A DNA stretch of 47,141 nt from Synergistaceae bacterium (GCA_031290235.1 JAITNX010000100.1:1-47141); one strand, 5' to 3'; shown: positions 18,157 through 27,935, counted from the stretch's first letter. Notes: generated by a model not told the origin, from the letters alone. A program made the numbers and translations.

Positions 18157-19917
18157 ATGCTGAGTTTATTCCTCTCCCCTTTCATAAAGGTCGACTCTTA
18201 CCTGACGATGATGGCGGTCATAGTAGCGGTGGTGGTTGCCTGCGCCTTCATCCAGCGAATATTCAGGCGTGACCTGGAGAGCGACCAGTACTATTATCTA
18301 AGGGACATCTGCCTTATCGCCTCATGGGCCATCTGCGGCATCTGGACACAAAACTCTCCGATGAAACTGACGATAACGGCGGGGGTGATAGCCGGGTTAG
18401 TCGGCTTTTGTCAGAAGGTCGTCAAGAACTGGGACCTGAGGATATGTTTTCTTGCCATAGGTTTCGGAGTGGCTCTGCTGGGACCGCGGATAACGTTCAT
18501 AGGGCAGCCGGACGGAGAGTTTATGTACCTGTCGAGCTTCACCACGATTATCATCCTCAGCACGCTCTGGATGGGCTTTTTCCCCATATTGTTCCAGGAA
18601 CTCGACGAGATACCTGGCATGGGGGGAGGACTTCTCCTGGTGAGCTGGGTGCTAATGGTCATAGTCACCGCCATTTCGTCGAAGGGACTCTCCGACGCGC
18701 TCATGATGTCATTCTGCGGGCTGGCCCTCATTCTCGTCTTCTGGAGCAGGCACGTAAACGTATACAGAAGGCTTGGCTCTCCCCTTGCCGCCATGTGGGG
18801 GATGCTCCTCGCGGGCACTTCGATGCTCGGCGCGAGCAAGGGCGTGGCCTTTGCCACTGTAATGGTTCTGCCGCTCGGACTCTTCGCGATACCGATAATA
18901 GAGACGTCGCTGAGCGTCCTGTCGGCCGCTTTTTTGCCGAAGCCGCTCGGCAACATGATATTCTACAGGAAGCTCGTCAACAGGGGCATCGATCACCCGT
19001 CGGCGGTTTTCATAGTGAGCGCGATCTGCGGCGTTTGCGGCATCTCCATGGCGATACTCCAAATGAAGCTCATGGATCCGCTCTCCCTGTTCCTGACAGT
19101 CATCTTTCTCAGCGCCGGCGTCCACATCGCCATAGCCAGCACCAGGGATTCAGGTGATGGGCCGGCGGAGCGCCCGTGCCTATGGGGGGTGGCCGTAGAT
19201 AACTTCTCTCTGGATTACGCGCTTGGGCGTGTGAGCGGGTGGGTTTCCTCCGCCTGTTCGCCGCAGATGATAGTTACGCCGGACGCACTTGCGACGCTCC
19301 GGAGCAGGCTCGACAAACGTTACGCGGACGTGGTCCGCCGTGCGGGCCTTGTCCTGCCTGACGGATCGGGACTCGTGTGGGCCCTGCGATTTCTCGGATT
19401 TACAGTGCAGGAGAGGATATCCGGCGTCGACTTCATGGATCACATCTGCCGCTTGGCGGCGAGCCACGGCTGGCCCGTCTATTTCTTCGGCGGAAAACCT
19501 GGCATAGCTAAGAGGGCGTCTGAGAAGCTTGCTGAGAAATACCCCGGACTCATCGTCGCCGGCTTCAGAAACGGCTACTTCAAGCCTGTAGAGAACGGCG
19601 AAATATGCGCCGAGATAAAGAAGTCCGGCGCGCGCCTCCTATTTGTCGCGATGGGCGCGCCTAAGCAGGAGTTATGGATGGACGAAAACATGCCGCACAT
19701 TGGGGGCATAGTGGGTATGGGAGTGGGAGGCAGCTTCGACGTAATATCCGGCGCGCTCAAGCGAGCTCCGGCCAGCTGGAGGCAGATGCATCTGGAGTGG
19801 CTCTACAGGGCGATACAGGAGCCGGCGAGGTGGAGGCGCGTAGCAAGGCTGCCAGTCTTTGTCATGCTGGTCTTTTTACGGAAGCTGCACCTGGACACGT
19901 GGCAGCCGCCGATGTAG
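18157..19917 (+). CDS. Fusion protein: N-terminal polytopic membrane domain (distantly MraY/WecA-like) + C-terminal WecG/TagA/CpsF-family glycosyltransferase
   Basis: C-terminal ~240 aa: LVLPDGSGLVWALRFLG, YFFGGKPGIA, LLFVAMGAPKQELWM, GVGGSFDVISG and EWLYRAIQEP are TagA/WecG blocks. N-terminal ~340 aa has many hydrophobic segments. QELDEIPGMGGG weakly recalls the NxxDGxDGLAGG loop of GT4 phosphotransferases. Confidence 0.7.
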   Translation: MLSLFLSPFIKVDSYLTMMAVIVAVVVACAFIQRIFRRDLESDQYYYLRDICLIASWAICGIWTQNSPMKLTITAGVIAGLVGFCQKVVKNWDLRICFLAIGFGVALLGPRITFIGQPDGEFMYLSSFTTIIILSTLWMGFFPILFQELDEIPGMGGGLLLVSWVLMVIVTAISSKGLSDALMMSFCGLALILVFWSRHVNVYRRLGSPLAAMWGMLLAGTSMLGASKGVAFATVMVLPLGLFAIPIIETSLSVLSAAFLPKPLGNMIFYRKLVNRGIDHPSAVFIVSAICGVCGISMAILQMKLMDPLSLFLTVIFLSAGVHIAIASTRDSGDGPAERPCLWGVAVDNFSLDYALGRVSGWVSSACSPQMIVTPDALATLRSRLDKRYADVVRRAGLVLPDGSGLVWALRFLGFTVQERISGVDFMDHICRLAASHGWPVYFFGGKPGIAKRASEKLAEKYPGLIVAGFRNGYFKPVENGEICAEIKKSGARLLFVAMGAPKQELWMDENMPHIGGIVGMGVGGSFDVISGALKRAPASWRQMHLEWLYRAIQEPARWRRVARLPVFVMLVFLRKLHLDTWQPPM

Positions 19918-19946
19918 GCATGGCCTTATGCTGTCGTGACGCGCGA

Positions 19947-19970
19947 TAAAAAAACCGGGAGGAACCCGGT
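19947..19970 (-). terminator. Hairpin with T-run only on the minus strand (orphan minus-oriented terminator, or U-tract-less stop for the upstream + gene)
   Basis: Plus strand reads AAAAAAAACCGGG-aggaa-CCCGGT. As the minus strand it reads ACCGGG-ttcct-CCCGGTTTTTTTT. Confidence 0.35.
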
Positions 19971-20016
19971 GATCTTGACCTTGACTTTATCATTATTGAG
20001 GGGGAGTATCGGTATC

Positions 20017-20325
20017 ATGAAGATGGACAAGATGCTGAAGCAGGTACAGAAGATGCAGGCTCAGATGACGCTGATGCAGGAGGAGCTTGCGAACGAGGTA
20101 GTAGAGGCCACGAGCGGAGGCGGCATGGTCAAGGTCAGGGCGAATGGCCACGGCGACGTGGTCTCGGTGTCGATATCAAAGGAGGTAGTGGATCCGGAGG
20201 ATATCGAGATGCTGGAAGATCTCGTGCTCTCCGCGGTTAAAGAGGCACTGCGCCTCGGTCACGAGATTGCGGAGAAACGCATGGGCGGCATCACCGGCGG
20301 CCTCAACATCCCTGGCCTGTTTTGA
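20017..20325 (+). CDS. ybaB: Nucleoid-associated protein YbaB/EbfC
   Basis: MKMDKMLKQVQKMQAQM...SGGGMVKVRANGHGDV. ATG 20017 lies behind GAGGGGGAG. The ORF-track start at 19936 is an extension. Confidence 0.85.
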   Translation: MKMDKMLKQVQKMQAQMTLMQEELANEVVEATSGGGMVKVRANGHGDVVSVSISKEVVDPEDIEMLEDLVLSAVKEALRLGHEIAEKRMGGITGGLNIPGLF

Positions 20326-20942
20326 GCCTGCCGGATTCCTTTGAAGAGCTTATCGGGCTGCTAGGACATTTTCCGGGCGTCGGCGAGAAGACCGCCCGGA
20401 GGATGGTTTTTTTCATGCTGAGTTCCGATCGGTCATGGGTGGACGCTCTGGCCCACTCGATCGGAGAGCTTAGGGAGAGAGTCGCGTCCTGCGAGGTGTG
20501 CGGCGCCATAGCTACCGGACCCCTGTGTGGGACGTGCTCCGACCGAACGAGGGACAGGACGCAAATTTGCGTCGTTGAAACGCAGGAGGACTGCGTAGCA
20601 ATGGAGCAGTCAGGGGTGTTCGGAGGCGTCTACCATGTCCTCGGTGGCAGATGTTCTCCCCTTGAGGATGAGGAGGTGCCGTCAGAGAGCTTGGAGAGGC
20701 TCAGGATGCGGATTCGGGAGAACGGCACGGCGGAGGTCATCCTTGCGCTCAATCCAAGGATAGAGGGTGATATGACAGCTTATGTCGTGCAGGAAGCACT
20801 CGCTGGAATGGCGGTGAAGATCACGCGCCTCTCGTATGGACTCCCCGTTGGCGGGAGCATTGGGTACGCCGACAGGGTTACTCTCCACATAGCCCTGGAG
20901 TCGAGGCGAGAGATGGAGGTGGATAAGGAGGAGGGCCGATAG
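20322..20942 (+). CDS. recR: Recombination protein RecR
   Basis: HhH FPGVGEKTARRM, Cys4 finger CEVCG...CGTC, Toprim region. TTG start overlaps the ybaB stop. Confidence 0.9.
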   Translation: MSLPDSFEELIGLLGHFPGVGEKTARRMVFFMLSSDRSWVDALAHSIGELRERVASCEVCGAIATGPLCGTCSDRTRDRTQICVVETQEDCVAMEQSGVFGGVYHVLGGRCSPLEDEEVPSESLERLRMRIRENGTAEVILALNPRIEGDMTAYVVQEALAGMAVKITRLSYGLPVGGSIGYADRVTLHIALESRREMEVDKEEGR

Positions 20943-20996
20943 GAAGCCTAAGATTTCGTGTATGCGCCGTATTTTTGTATGAAGGGAGAGGGCAAT

Positions 20997-22166
20997 GTGC
21001 CAGAGACTGGAATAAACGGCATAATGCGAGCAGCGCTCAGGTTTCTTATGACGCTCGTATTCGGGATAGCCGGCTATCAAATATCCCTGCTTCTGCTGCA
21101 GCTGCAGCCTGAATGGGCGGCCAAGATCGGCCACCCTAATATATGGACGGCTTTTTCAATACTGTTGTTTGCCCTGTGTGGTTTCATGCTGACTCCGCTG
21201 GTATGGTGGGCGTTGAAGAAGATCGGTCTGTTTTTTGAGAACATGCTCCAAAACGTTAGCATTCCTGATATCGCTGTAACTCTAATGGGACTCATAGTGA
21301 GCCTGCTCCTTGCAAACCTCCTGGCGATACCTTTCATTGGAATTCCGGGGATAGGGTTTTACATCGCTATAGCGCTCAACATACTGTTCGCTTACGTTGG
21401 AGTGCGCGCGTTCCTGAAGAGGAGGGACGATATATGGACCCTGACTCTCGGGATAGTCGGGCTGGGCGGACGGCTGTCGGCAAGAAGGAAGGGCGGCCAA
21501 GGGGCCTCGCACGCCGGAGAACCTCAACAGGGTGCCGTGATGTCCTTGTATGGCGGACACTCCGATGCGACCAAAAAAGTGCTCGACACCAGCGCCCTGA
21601 TCGACGGCAGGATTCTCGACATAGCCACTACCGGGTTTCTGGAGGGGACGCTGGTGCTGCCGCGATTTGTGCTGACGGAGCTTCAGGGCGTCGCGGATTC
21701 CTCCGATCCGGCCAGGAGGACCCGGGGAAGAAAGGGTTTGAGCGTCGTTTCGGACCTCCAGAAGATCGAGAGCATGACGGTGCTGATAGACGACATCGGC
21801 ATGAGGGATCTAAAGCGGGACAAGGTGGACGAGGCCTTGGTGGAGCTATGCAAGAAACTCGACGCTAAGATCATAACGACTGATTACAACCTCAACCAGA
21901 TATCCAGAATAGAGGGCATAGAGGTCCTCAACGTAAACGAGCTGGCAAATTCACTCAAGCCGCAGTTTCTGCCGGGCGAGTTCGTCAAGATAGACATCAT
22001 CCGGCCCGGCAAGGAACATGGGCAGGGCATAGGCTATCTGGAGGACGGCACGATGCTGGTTGTGGAGGACGGCGCGGGGGCGATTGGAGAGACGGTCGAG
22101 GTCGTGATCACCTCCATGCTCCAGACAGCCGCAGGCAGAATGGTGTTCGGAAAACTGAGAAGATGA
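20997..22166 (+). CDS. yacL: PIN/TRAM-domain membrane protein (YacL family)
   Basis: N-terminal TM helices, a PIN block (VLDTSALIDGRILDI...ITTDYNL) and a C-terminal TRAM-like barrel (GEFVKIDI...GETVEVVIT). GTG 20997 lies behind GAAGGGAGAGG. The start is uncertain (range 20958-21024). Confidence 0.75.
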   Translation: MPETGINGIMRAALRFLMTLVFGIAGYQISLLLLQLQPEWAAKIGHPNIWTAFSILLFALCGFMLTPLVWWALKKIGLFFENMLQNVSIPDIAVTLMGLIVSLLLANLLAIPFIGIPGIGFYIAIALNILFAYVGVRAFLKRRDDIWTLTLGIVGLGGRLSARRKGGQGASHAGEPQQGAVMSLYGGHSDATKKVLDTSALIDGRILDIATTGFLEGTLVLPRFVLTELQGVADSSDPARRTRGRKGLSVVSDLQKIESMTVLIDDIGMRDLKRDKVDEALVELCKKLDAKIITTDYNLNQISRIEGIEVLNVNELANSLKPQFLPGEFVKIDIIRPGKEHGQGIGYLEDGTMLVVEDGAGAIGETVEVVITSMLQTAAGRMVFGKLRR

Positions 22167-23320
22167 GCAAAGCCGGGAGGACGTGGTCCTTCATTCTCGT
22201 GGCCGCTGGCGCGGGGAGCCGGATAGGCGGTGTGCCAAAGCAGTTCCGCACTTTGGGGGATCGTGCGATGTGGATTTGGTCTGCGGACGTGGCCGACGAA
22301 CTTTTCAGCCGAGGCCTGATAGACGAACTCGTCGTCGTATTCCCCAGCGGTTGCGGCGCTCATGGCGAAGGGCGCGCTTTTAAATGCCCATCTGTTTATA
22401 TCGAGGGCGGCTCGAGCAGGACCGAGTCCGTTAAAAACGGCGTAGCCGCTTCAAGCTCGGATTACGTCATGATTCACGACGCGGCGAGGCCCTTTGTGAG
22501 CGCGGAAATCTGCTCCGAACTGATAAAGGCGACTACGGCGGCTCGGGGCGCCATACCGCTGCTCGCGTCAGTCGATTCCCTTAAAAAGGTGAACGGGGGC
22601 GTCATTTCAATATTGTCGAGGGACGAGGTCATGAGGACACAAACGCCCCAATGTTTTCACAGGGGGACGCTTGCCGGCATCCTGGAAGTTTCCGCTGAAG
22701 GGGGCACGGATGAGGCGTCTTTATGGCTTGAGTCCTCCATGGACTTGACCTATGTCCAGGGTTCCGAGGAAAATTTCAAGGTCACTACCGAGTTCGACTG
22801 GCTTGTGGCGAGGTCGTTGGTGAACGAGCGCCGCGAGGTAAGAGTCGGGATTGGGTACGACGTACACGAACTCGTCCCTGGGCGCAGGCTGATACTGGGT
22901 GGCGTCCTGATTGCGTCGCCGCTCGGCCTGCTTGGCCACTCGGACGCGGACGTGATTTGCCACGCCGTGGCTGACGCGTTGCTTGGCGCGACTGGGGAGG
23001 GGGATATCGGGACCTTGTTTCCAGCCTCCGACGAGAAATACAGGGACGCCGACAGCACGGTTCTGCTCTCGCGCGTCATAGAATTAGTAACTATAAAAAA
23101 ATGGCGGATTACGTGGCTTGACATCATTTTAAAGGCCCAAATTCCAAGAATTGGACATGAAATATCAAGAATTGCTGATAATTTGCAAAAAGTCTTTACT
23201 AACGCGTCAACTGAGATTAAACTTAACTTGAGCGTCAAATCGGGGGAGTTCGTCGGAAGCGTCGGAAGGGCCGAGTGTATGGAGTGCTACGCGGCGGCCA
23301 CGGCGGAGCGTTTTGTGTAG
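22163..23320 (+). CDS. ispDF: Bifunctional IspD/IspF (MEP cytidylyltransferase / MEcPP synthase)
   Basis: LVAAGAGSRIGGVPKQF (IspD) and GIGYDVHEL...GHSDADVICHAVADALLGA (IspF). ATGA overlap with yacL. Confidence 0.9.
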   Translation: MSKAGRTWSFILVAAGAGSRIGGVPKQFRTLGDRAMWIWSADVADELFSRGLIDELVVVFPSGCGAHGEGRAFKCPSVYIEGGSSRTESVKNGVAASSSDYVMIHDAARPFVSAEICSELIKATTAARGAIPLLASVDSLKKVNGGVISILSRDEVMRTQTPQCFHRGTLAGILEVSAEGGTDEASLWLESSMDLTYVQGSEENFKVTTEFDWLVARSLVNERREVRVGIGYDVHELVPGRRLILGGVLIASPLGLLGHSDADVICHAVADALLGATGEGDIGTLFPASDEKYRDADSTVLLSRVIELVTIKKWRITWLDIILKAQIPRIGHEISRIADNLQKVFTNASTEIKLNLSVKSGEFVGSVGRAECMECYAAATAERFV

Positions 23321-23337
23321 GCCGGGGAGGTTGAGAT

Positions 23338-24087
23338 ATGAATATGGCTGTAAGAATAACGAGATCCATTTTCTTTGGGATGGTATTTTCTTTGCTGGTC
23401 TCGGGCGCCGCGTTTTCGGCCCCGTCGAATATCGTGCTGGAGGGGGTGACGGCGGTCTGGAAAATTGGGGCGGTCGCGGTATGGCGTTTTCCGTCGTTAT
23501 ATGCGATCGAGGCGACTACGATATCGGACCGCTTTAACGCACTGTATTCCAAGGGGTTCGACCTTGACGACATCCAGGTTCTCAAGAAAGGTGAAACCTG
23601 GACGCTCGGCGTCGGCGACAGGATGATAGCGACAGCTCTTCCGAGATATGTGGCAAATGCTGGCATGAGTCCGCACCTCATGGGCCTGACTTGGCTGTCC
23701 AGAGTTTACGAGGCAGTCGGTTCGCTGCACGCGCAGCAGCTGACTCCGACGTATAAGCTGGGCGGTGCGTATGATCTCAGCACGTCCGTATCCTGGTATG
23801 GGGGAAAACGGATGCTGGGTAAAAAATTCGCCAATGGCGAGTACTTTACCGAGAGCCATCTCTCAGCGGCGGCAAAGAATTTGCCATTCGGCACCCTGGT
23901 GAAGATAACGACCCCCGCCACAGGAAAATCTGTTGTTGTCAGGATAACGGATCGCTTCAAGGAACACAAAAACAGGGTGCTGGATCTCTCGCAGGCAGCC
24001 GCTGAACTCCTGGGCATAAAGGGCATGGGGGTGGCCAAGGTTACGGTAAAAGTAATTGGAAGAGTGGATAAAGTTGGAGGAAGGTAG
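23338..24087 (+). CDS. rlpA: RlpA-like double-psi beta-barrel (septal ring lytic transglycosylase family) secreted protein
   Basis: N-terminal signal-like helix. C-terminal SWYGGKRMLGKKFANGEYF...LPFGTLVKITTPATGKSVVVRITDR. GGGGAGG SD. Confidence 0.75.
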   Translation: MNMAVRITRSIFFGMVFSLLVSGAAFSAPSNIVLEGVTAVWKIGAVAVWRFPSLYAIEATTISDRFNALYSKGFDLDDIQVLKKGETWTLGVGDRMIATALPRYVANAGMSPHLMGLTWLSRVYEAVGSLHAQQLTPTYKLGGAYDLSTSVSWYGGKRMLGKKFANGEYFTESHLSAAAKNLPFGTLVKITTPATGKSVVVRITDRFKEHKNRVLDLSQAAAELLGIKGMGVAKVTVKVIGRVDKVGGR

Positions 24088-25444
24088 CGAAAACTCAGAG
24101 GTCGTAACGAGGTTTGCCCCGTCTCCGACGGGGTCGCTTCATATAGGGGGGGCTAGAACCGCCCTATTTAACTATCTCTGGGCCAGGAGGCGCGAGGGGA
24201 AGTTTCTTCTGCGCTTCGAGGACACTGACATGGCGAGGTCGTCTCCGGAACACGAGGAATCCATTTTGAACGATCTGAGATGGCTGGGCATAAAGCCGGA
24301 CGGAGAGGTGACACGGCAGACTGAGAACCAAACGAGACATAGGAGCGTACTGGATGAGCTCGTCCGCCTTGACGTTGCGTATCCATGTTTCTGCCCTCAT
24401 TCCAGTCTTGGCGACTCGCATGGCATCTGTCACTGCGGGCGGATTCCCCAAAGCGAGGCATTGGGACGGGCGGCCTCCGGCCAGACGCACTGCTGGCGCT
24501 TCAGGGCACGGTGCGTCGATGGGATTTTTCGCTTCACGGACAGACTGAGAGGGAGCATGGAGATTGCCGAGCCGCAGATAGGGGACTTCGTTTTAGCTCG
24601 CGGGGACGGGTCGATGACCTATCTTTTTGCGGTGGTTGTAGACGATCACGACTCCTCGGTGACCCACGTCATAAGGGGCGAGGAACATCTGCCTAATACT
24701 CCGAAACAGGAGATGATATACAGGGCTTTGGGTTGGGATGTCCCAGAGTGGGTACACATACCAATGATACTGGACTCGGAGAGGCATAAACTGAGCAAGA
24801 GGAGCGGAGCGATCTCGATCGGTTCGTATAGGGAGGCGGGCTGGCTGCCTGAGGCGGTGGTTTCGTATATCGCGACTCTGAGCTGGGCCGGAGCGCCCGC
24901 GGATGAACTCAAAAGCCCGCTGGAGCTGTCCCGCTCGTTCGATCTCGACTCAGTAGCGCTGACGTCGCCCATCCACGATCCCGAGAGAATGCGCCATTTC
25001 GGAAGGATGTCGATCGCAAGCGCGTCTCCGGAGGAGGTCTGCGCCAAGTACGACGAGCTGTTTCCGTACGAGCCTCACGCGGGGGAGGGGCTTCGCAGGG
25101 ACAGGGAGGCACTGGTTGCCGAACTGGCGCCGTCGTGCGCGACTATTGATGAGCTTGGGAACGGGATAAAGCTGACGTTTCTCGTGTCGGACGCGCTTCT
25201 CCAGGAGCCTCATGCATGGATAGCCGAAGCGCGGGAGTTCCTGATCGGATTGAGAGAGGACGAGTGGACGTCGGATGAAATTAAAAATTCGCTGAAGCGT
25301 TTTCAGAAGGAGAGGGGGTTGAAGAGCCGCGATCTCTACCACACGCTGAGGGTTCTCGTCACCGGCCGGGAGGCTGGCGCGCCCCTAACACTGATTATGT
25401 CCTGCCTTGGAAGAGAGAGGTCGCTTGAGAGGATGGGGCGTTAG
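24056..25444 (+). CDS. gltX: Glutamate--tRNA ligase
   Basis: RFAPSPTGSLHIGGART (HIGH) and HKLSKRSG (KMSKS). Start is TTG 24056 or TTG 24074; both overlap the rlpA end. Confidence 0.9.
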   Translation: MEEWIKLEEGSENSEVVTRFAPSPTGSLHIGGARTALFNYLWARRREGKFLLRFEDTDMARSSPEHEESILNDLRWLGIKPDGEVTRQTENQTRHRSVLDELVRLDVAYPCFCPHSSLGDSHGICHCGRIPQSEALGRAASGQTHCWRFRARCVDGIFRFTDRLRGSMEIAEPQIGDFVLARGDGSMTYLFAVVVDDHDSSVTHVIRGEEHLPNTPKQEMIYRALGWDVPEWVHIPMILDSERHKLSKRSGAISIGSYREAGWLPEAVVSYIATLSWAGAPADELKSPLELSRSFDLDSVALTSPIHDPERMRHFGRMSIASASPEEVCAKYDELFPYEPHAGEGLRRDREALVAELAPSCATIDELGNGIKLTFLVSDALLQEPHAWIAEAREFLIGLREDEWTSDEIKNSLKRFQKERGLKSRDLYHTLRVLVTGREAGAPLTLIMSCLGRERSLERMGR

Positions 25445-25483
25445 GGATCTGAGTCGCAAAAAATATAAAAAGGAGAGAATCCT

Positions 25484-26977
25484 GTGAGCAACGTAGAATT
25501 TAACGGATACCAGGGGAAATTTGCCAGCTACAAGGGCTTTACATTTGACGATCTGCTGCTTGAGCCAGGTTATAGCGAGGTGTTGCCGTCACAGGTCGAC
25601 ACTGGTACTTTTTTAACCAGGGAGATAGCTCTCTCCGCTCCGATATGCAGCGCAGCGATGGACACCGTTACGGAAGCCCGCCTCGCGATAGCTCTGGCAC
25701 GAGAGGGAGGTATAGGTATCCTGCACAGGAACCTGGCGATAGAGGATCAGGCTGGAGAGGTTGACAAGGTCAAGCGGTCGGAGTCTGGCGTCATTGTAGA
25801 TCCATTCTATCTCTATCCCGAGGACATGGTGACGGGCGCAATGGAGCTGATGGCCCATTATCACATCTCTGGTGTTCCAATAGTTGATCACAGCCTCAAG
25901 CTCGTGGGCATAATTACCAACAGGGATCTCAGGTTCATAACGCACTATGATCAACCCATAGATAACGTTATGACAAAGGAAAGCATAGTGACCGCCCCCG
26001 TTGGCACCGACCTCGAAAGCGCAAAGAAGATCCTGAGCAGCAGGAAGGTTGAGAAACTGCCTATAGTCGACGGGAACGGCAGGCTCAAGGGCCTGATCAC
26101 GATCAAGGACATACAGAAGGTGAAGGACTTCCCCAATGCTACAAAGGACTCCCATGGCAGGCTGCGGGTTGGCGCGGCCATAGGAACGGGGGCGGACGCC
26201 ATGGCGCGGCTCGAGGCTCTGGTGGCGGAGTCAATCGACGTCATCGCTGTGGACACTGCCCACGGCCACTCGAAGTCCGTCCTCGACGTAATAAAGGCCG
26301 TGAGGCGAAAGTACCCCGACCTGCAGCTCATTGGGGGCAACATAGCTACGGCCCAGGCCGCAGAAGCCCTGATCGAGGCCGGCGTCGATGCTGTCAAGGT
26401 TGGAATAGGACCCGGATCGATATGCACGACCAGAATAGTGGCCGGCATAGGGGTACCCCAGGTGGCGGCCATCCTCAACGTGGCGGCCGTCGCCCATAAG
26501 GCCGGCTGCAAGGTGATAGCGGACGGCGGAATAAGATACTCCGGAGACATAGTGAAGGCACTCGCGGCAGGGGCAGACAGCGTGATGATAGGTTCGCTAT
26601 TCGCTGGGACGGAGGAGAGTCCGGGCGAGGCCGTCATATATCATGGCCGTTCGTTCAAGAGTTATCGCGGCATGGGATCCCTCGGGGCCATGAAGGAGGG
26701 GTCGAGCAAGGACAGATATTTCCAGGAGGGGACGCCGGAGGATAAACTTGTCCCTGAGGGGATAGAAGGCTTGGTGCCGCACAAAGGTTCGCTGAGCGGC
26801 ATAGTCTTTCAGATGCTTGGCGGCATACGTTCCGGGATGGGATACTGCGGCACGGCAAATATAGAGGAACTTCACGCGCGCTCCCGCTTCATAGAGGTGA
26901 CGCCCGCGTCCATGAAGGAGAGCCACCCTCATGACGTTGTCATAACGAAGGAGGCCCCGAATTACGCTGTAGAATAA
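25484..26977 (+). CDS. guaB: IMP dehydrogenase
   Basis: CBS pair and catalytic loop [14 protein letters not shown] start behind AAAGGAGAG. Confidence 0.92.
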   Translation: MSNVEFNGYQGKFASYKGFTFDDLLLEPGYSEVLPSQVDTGTFLTREIALSAPICSAAMDTVTEARLAIALAREGGIGILHRNLAIEDQAGEVDKVKRSESGVIVDPFYLYPEDMVTGAMELMAHYHISGVPIVDHSLKLVGIITNRDLRFITHYDQPIDNVMTKESIVTAPVGTDLESAKKILSSRKVEKLPIVDGNGRLKGLITIKDIQKVKDFPNATKDSHGRLRVGAAIGTGADAMARLEALVAESIDVIAVDTAHGHSKSVLDVIKAVRRKYPDLQLIGGNIATAQAAEALIEAGVDAVKVGIGPGSICTTRIVAGIGVPQVAAILNVAAVAHKAGCKVIADGGIRYSGDIVKALAAGADSVMIGSLFAGTEESPGEAVIYHGRSFKSYRGMGSLGAMKEGSSKDRYFQEGTPEDKLVPEGIEGLVPHKGSLSGIVFQMLGGIRSGMGYCGTANIEELHARSRFIEVTPASMKESHPHDVVITKEAPNYAVE

Positions 26978-27039
26978 TTTTTCATTCTGTAGTATAATAC
27001 CCTGACGCGGAGATGGTATCAGGGCAGGGGGTGCGTACG

Positions 27040-27219
27040 ATGGCAGTTCTCGGTATGTCTAAGGGCGATCGAATGTTAGAGTACGAGTGTATAGAGTTGC
27101 TGCCTGACCTTGAGGAAGACGTTTTCTTTGTGGACATCCTGATACCGGATCTGGAGGAGTCTTACGTGGCAGGTCTGGATGACTGGTGGGGAGACTTTAT
27201 CGCCGGTTCTAATTTGTAG
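27040..27219 (+). CDS. Small acidic hypothetical protein (59 aa)
   Basis: Part of ORF 27013..27219. ATG 27040 lies behind GGGGGTG. A TATAAT box sits at 26993-26998 and a hairpin CCCTGA-N13-TCAGGG lies upstream. Sequence MAVLGMSKGDRMLEYECIELLPDLEEDVFFVDILIPDLEESYVAGLDDWWGDF. I recognise no family. Confidence 0.35.
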   Translation: MAVLGMSKGDRMLEYECIELLPDLEEDVFFVDILIPDLEESYVAGLDDWWGDFIAGSNL

Positions 27220-27252
27220 GCTGGAGGTGCGTTGACTCTTTATGCGCATGAG

Positions 27253-27281
27253 TTGATGATTCTCCGAAATGGTGATATAAT
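27253..27281 (+). promoter_or_regulatory. Sigma70-type promoter of the rimP-nusA-infB operon (extended -10)
   Basis: TTGATG (27253-58), 17-nt spacer ending in TGa, TATAAT (27276-81). Confidence 0.6.
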
Positions 27282-27311
27282 TATTTAGTTGTGCTGCCGG
27301 AAGTTCGTTTG

Positions 27312-27341
27312 AAGAGTGGGTTTCCCCACTCTTTGTTTTTT
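27312..27341 (+). terminator. Promoter-proximal intrinsic terminator / attenuator in the rimP-nusA leader
   Basis: AAGAGTGGG-tttc-CCCACTCTT followed by TGTTTTTT. It lies about 30 nt after the -10 box and 32 nt before the rimP start. Confidence 0.65.
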
Positions 27342-27372
27342 ATAGATCAAGGGTGGGGGGAGATGTAATCGA

Positions 27373-27900
27373 GTGGCGGAGAGGAACAGGATTGGAAAAC
27401 TCAAAGAAGCCTTGAGAGGCATGATAGTGTGTATGGGCTACGAGTGCGTGGGAGTTGACGCGTCGGCTTCCGCTTCTGCTGATCTGCTTCGTATTTATAT
27501 AGATTCCACGGCCGGTGTCGGGCATTCCGACTGCGTTGCCGTATCGCGGACAGTGACTGAATATCTCGACAAATGCGACGAAGAAGGGAATGCCTGGTTC
27601 AAGGGCAAATACCTCGTCGAGGTGAGTTCTCCAGGGCTGGAAAGGCCGTTGTTCACGCCCGAGCACTACGCTCGTTTTGTCGGCAAACTGGCATCTGTCA
27701 GGCTGGTCAACGGGAGAAAGCTCAAGGGAGTCATAGCTTCTTGCGACGAAGAGGGGAACGTGTCGTTGGAGACAGCCGGCACAGGCGGGGCCATGGGGGA
27801 ACTTGTGCGAATGCGTTTCGACGAGATCAGGCGCGGTAATCTCCTGTACATAGAGGAGAAAGGAACCGGGAAGCGCGGCAGGAGTTCCGGGATTCGATAG
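27373..27900 (+). CDS. rimP: Ribosome maturation factor RimP
   Basis: YLVEVSSPGLERPLFTPEHYARFVG is the RimP hallmark. GTG start. Confidence 0.85.
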   Translation: MAERNRIGKLKEALRGMIVCMGYECVGVDASASASADLLRIYIDSTAGVGHSDCVAVSRTVTEYLDKCDEEGNAWFKGKYLVEVSSPGLERPLFTPEHYARFVGKLASVRLVNGRKLKGVIASCDEEGNVSLETAGTGGAMGELVRMRFDEIRRGNLLYIEEKGTGKRGRSSGIR

Positions 27901-27935
27901 AGGCTTCTTCCAACACAACGAGGAGGAGAATTTAG

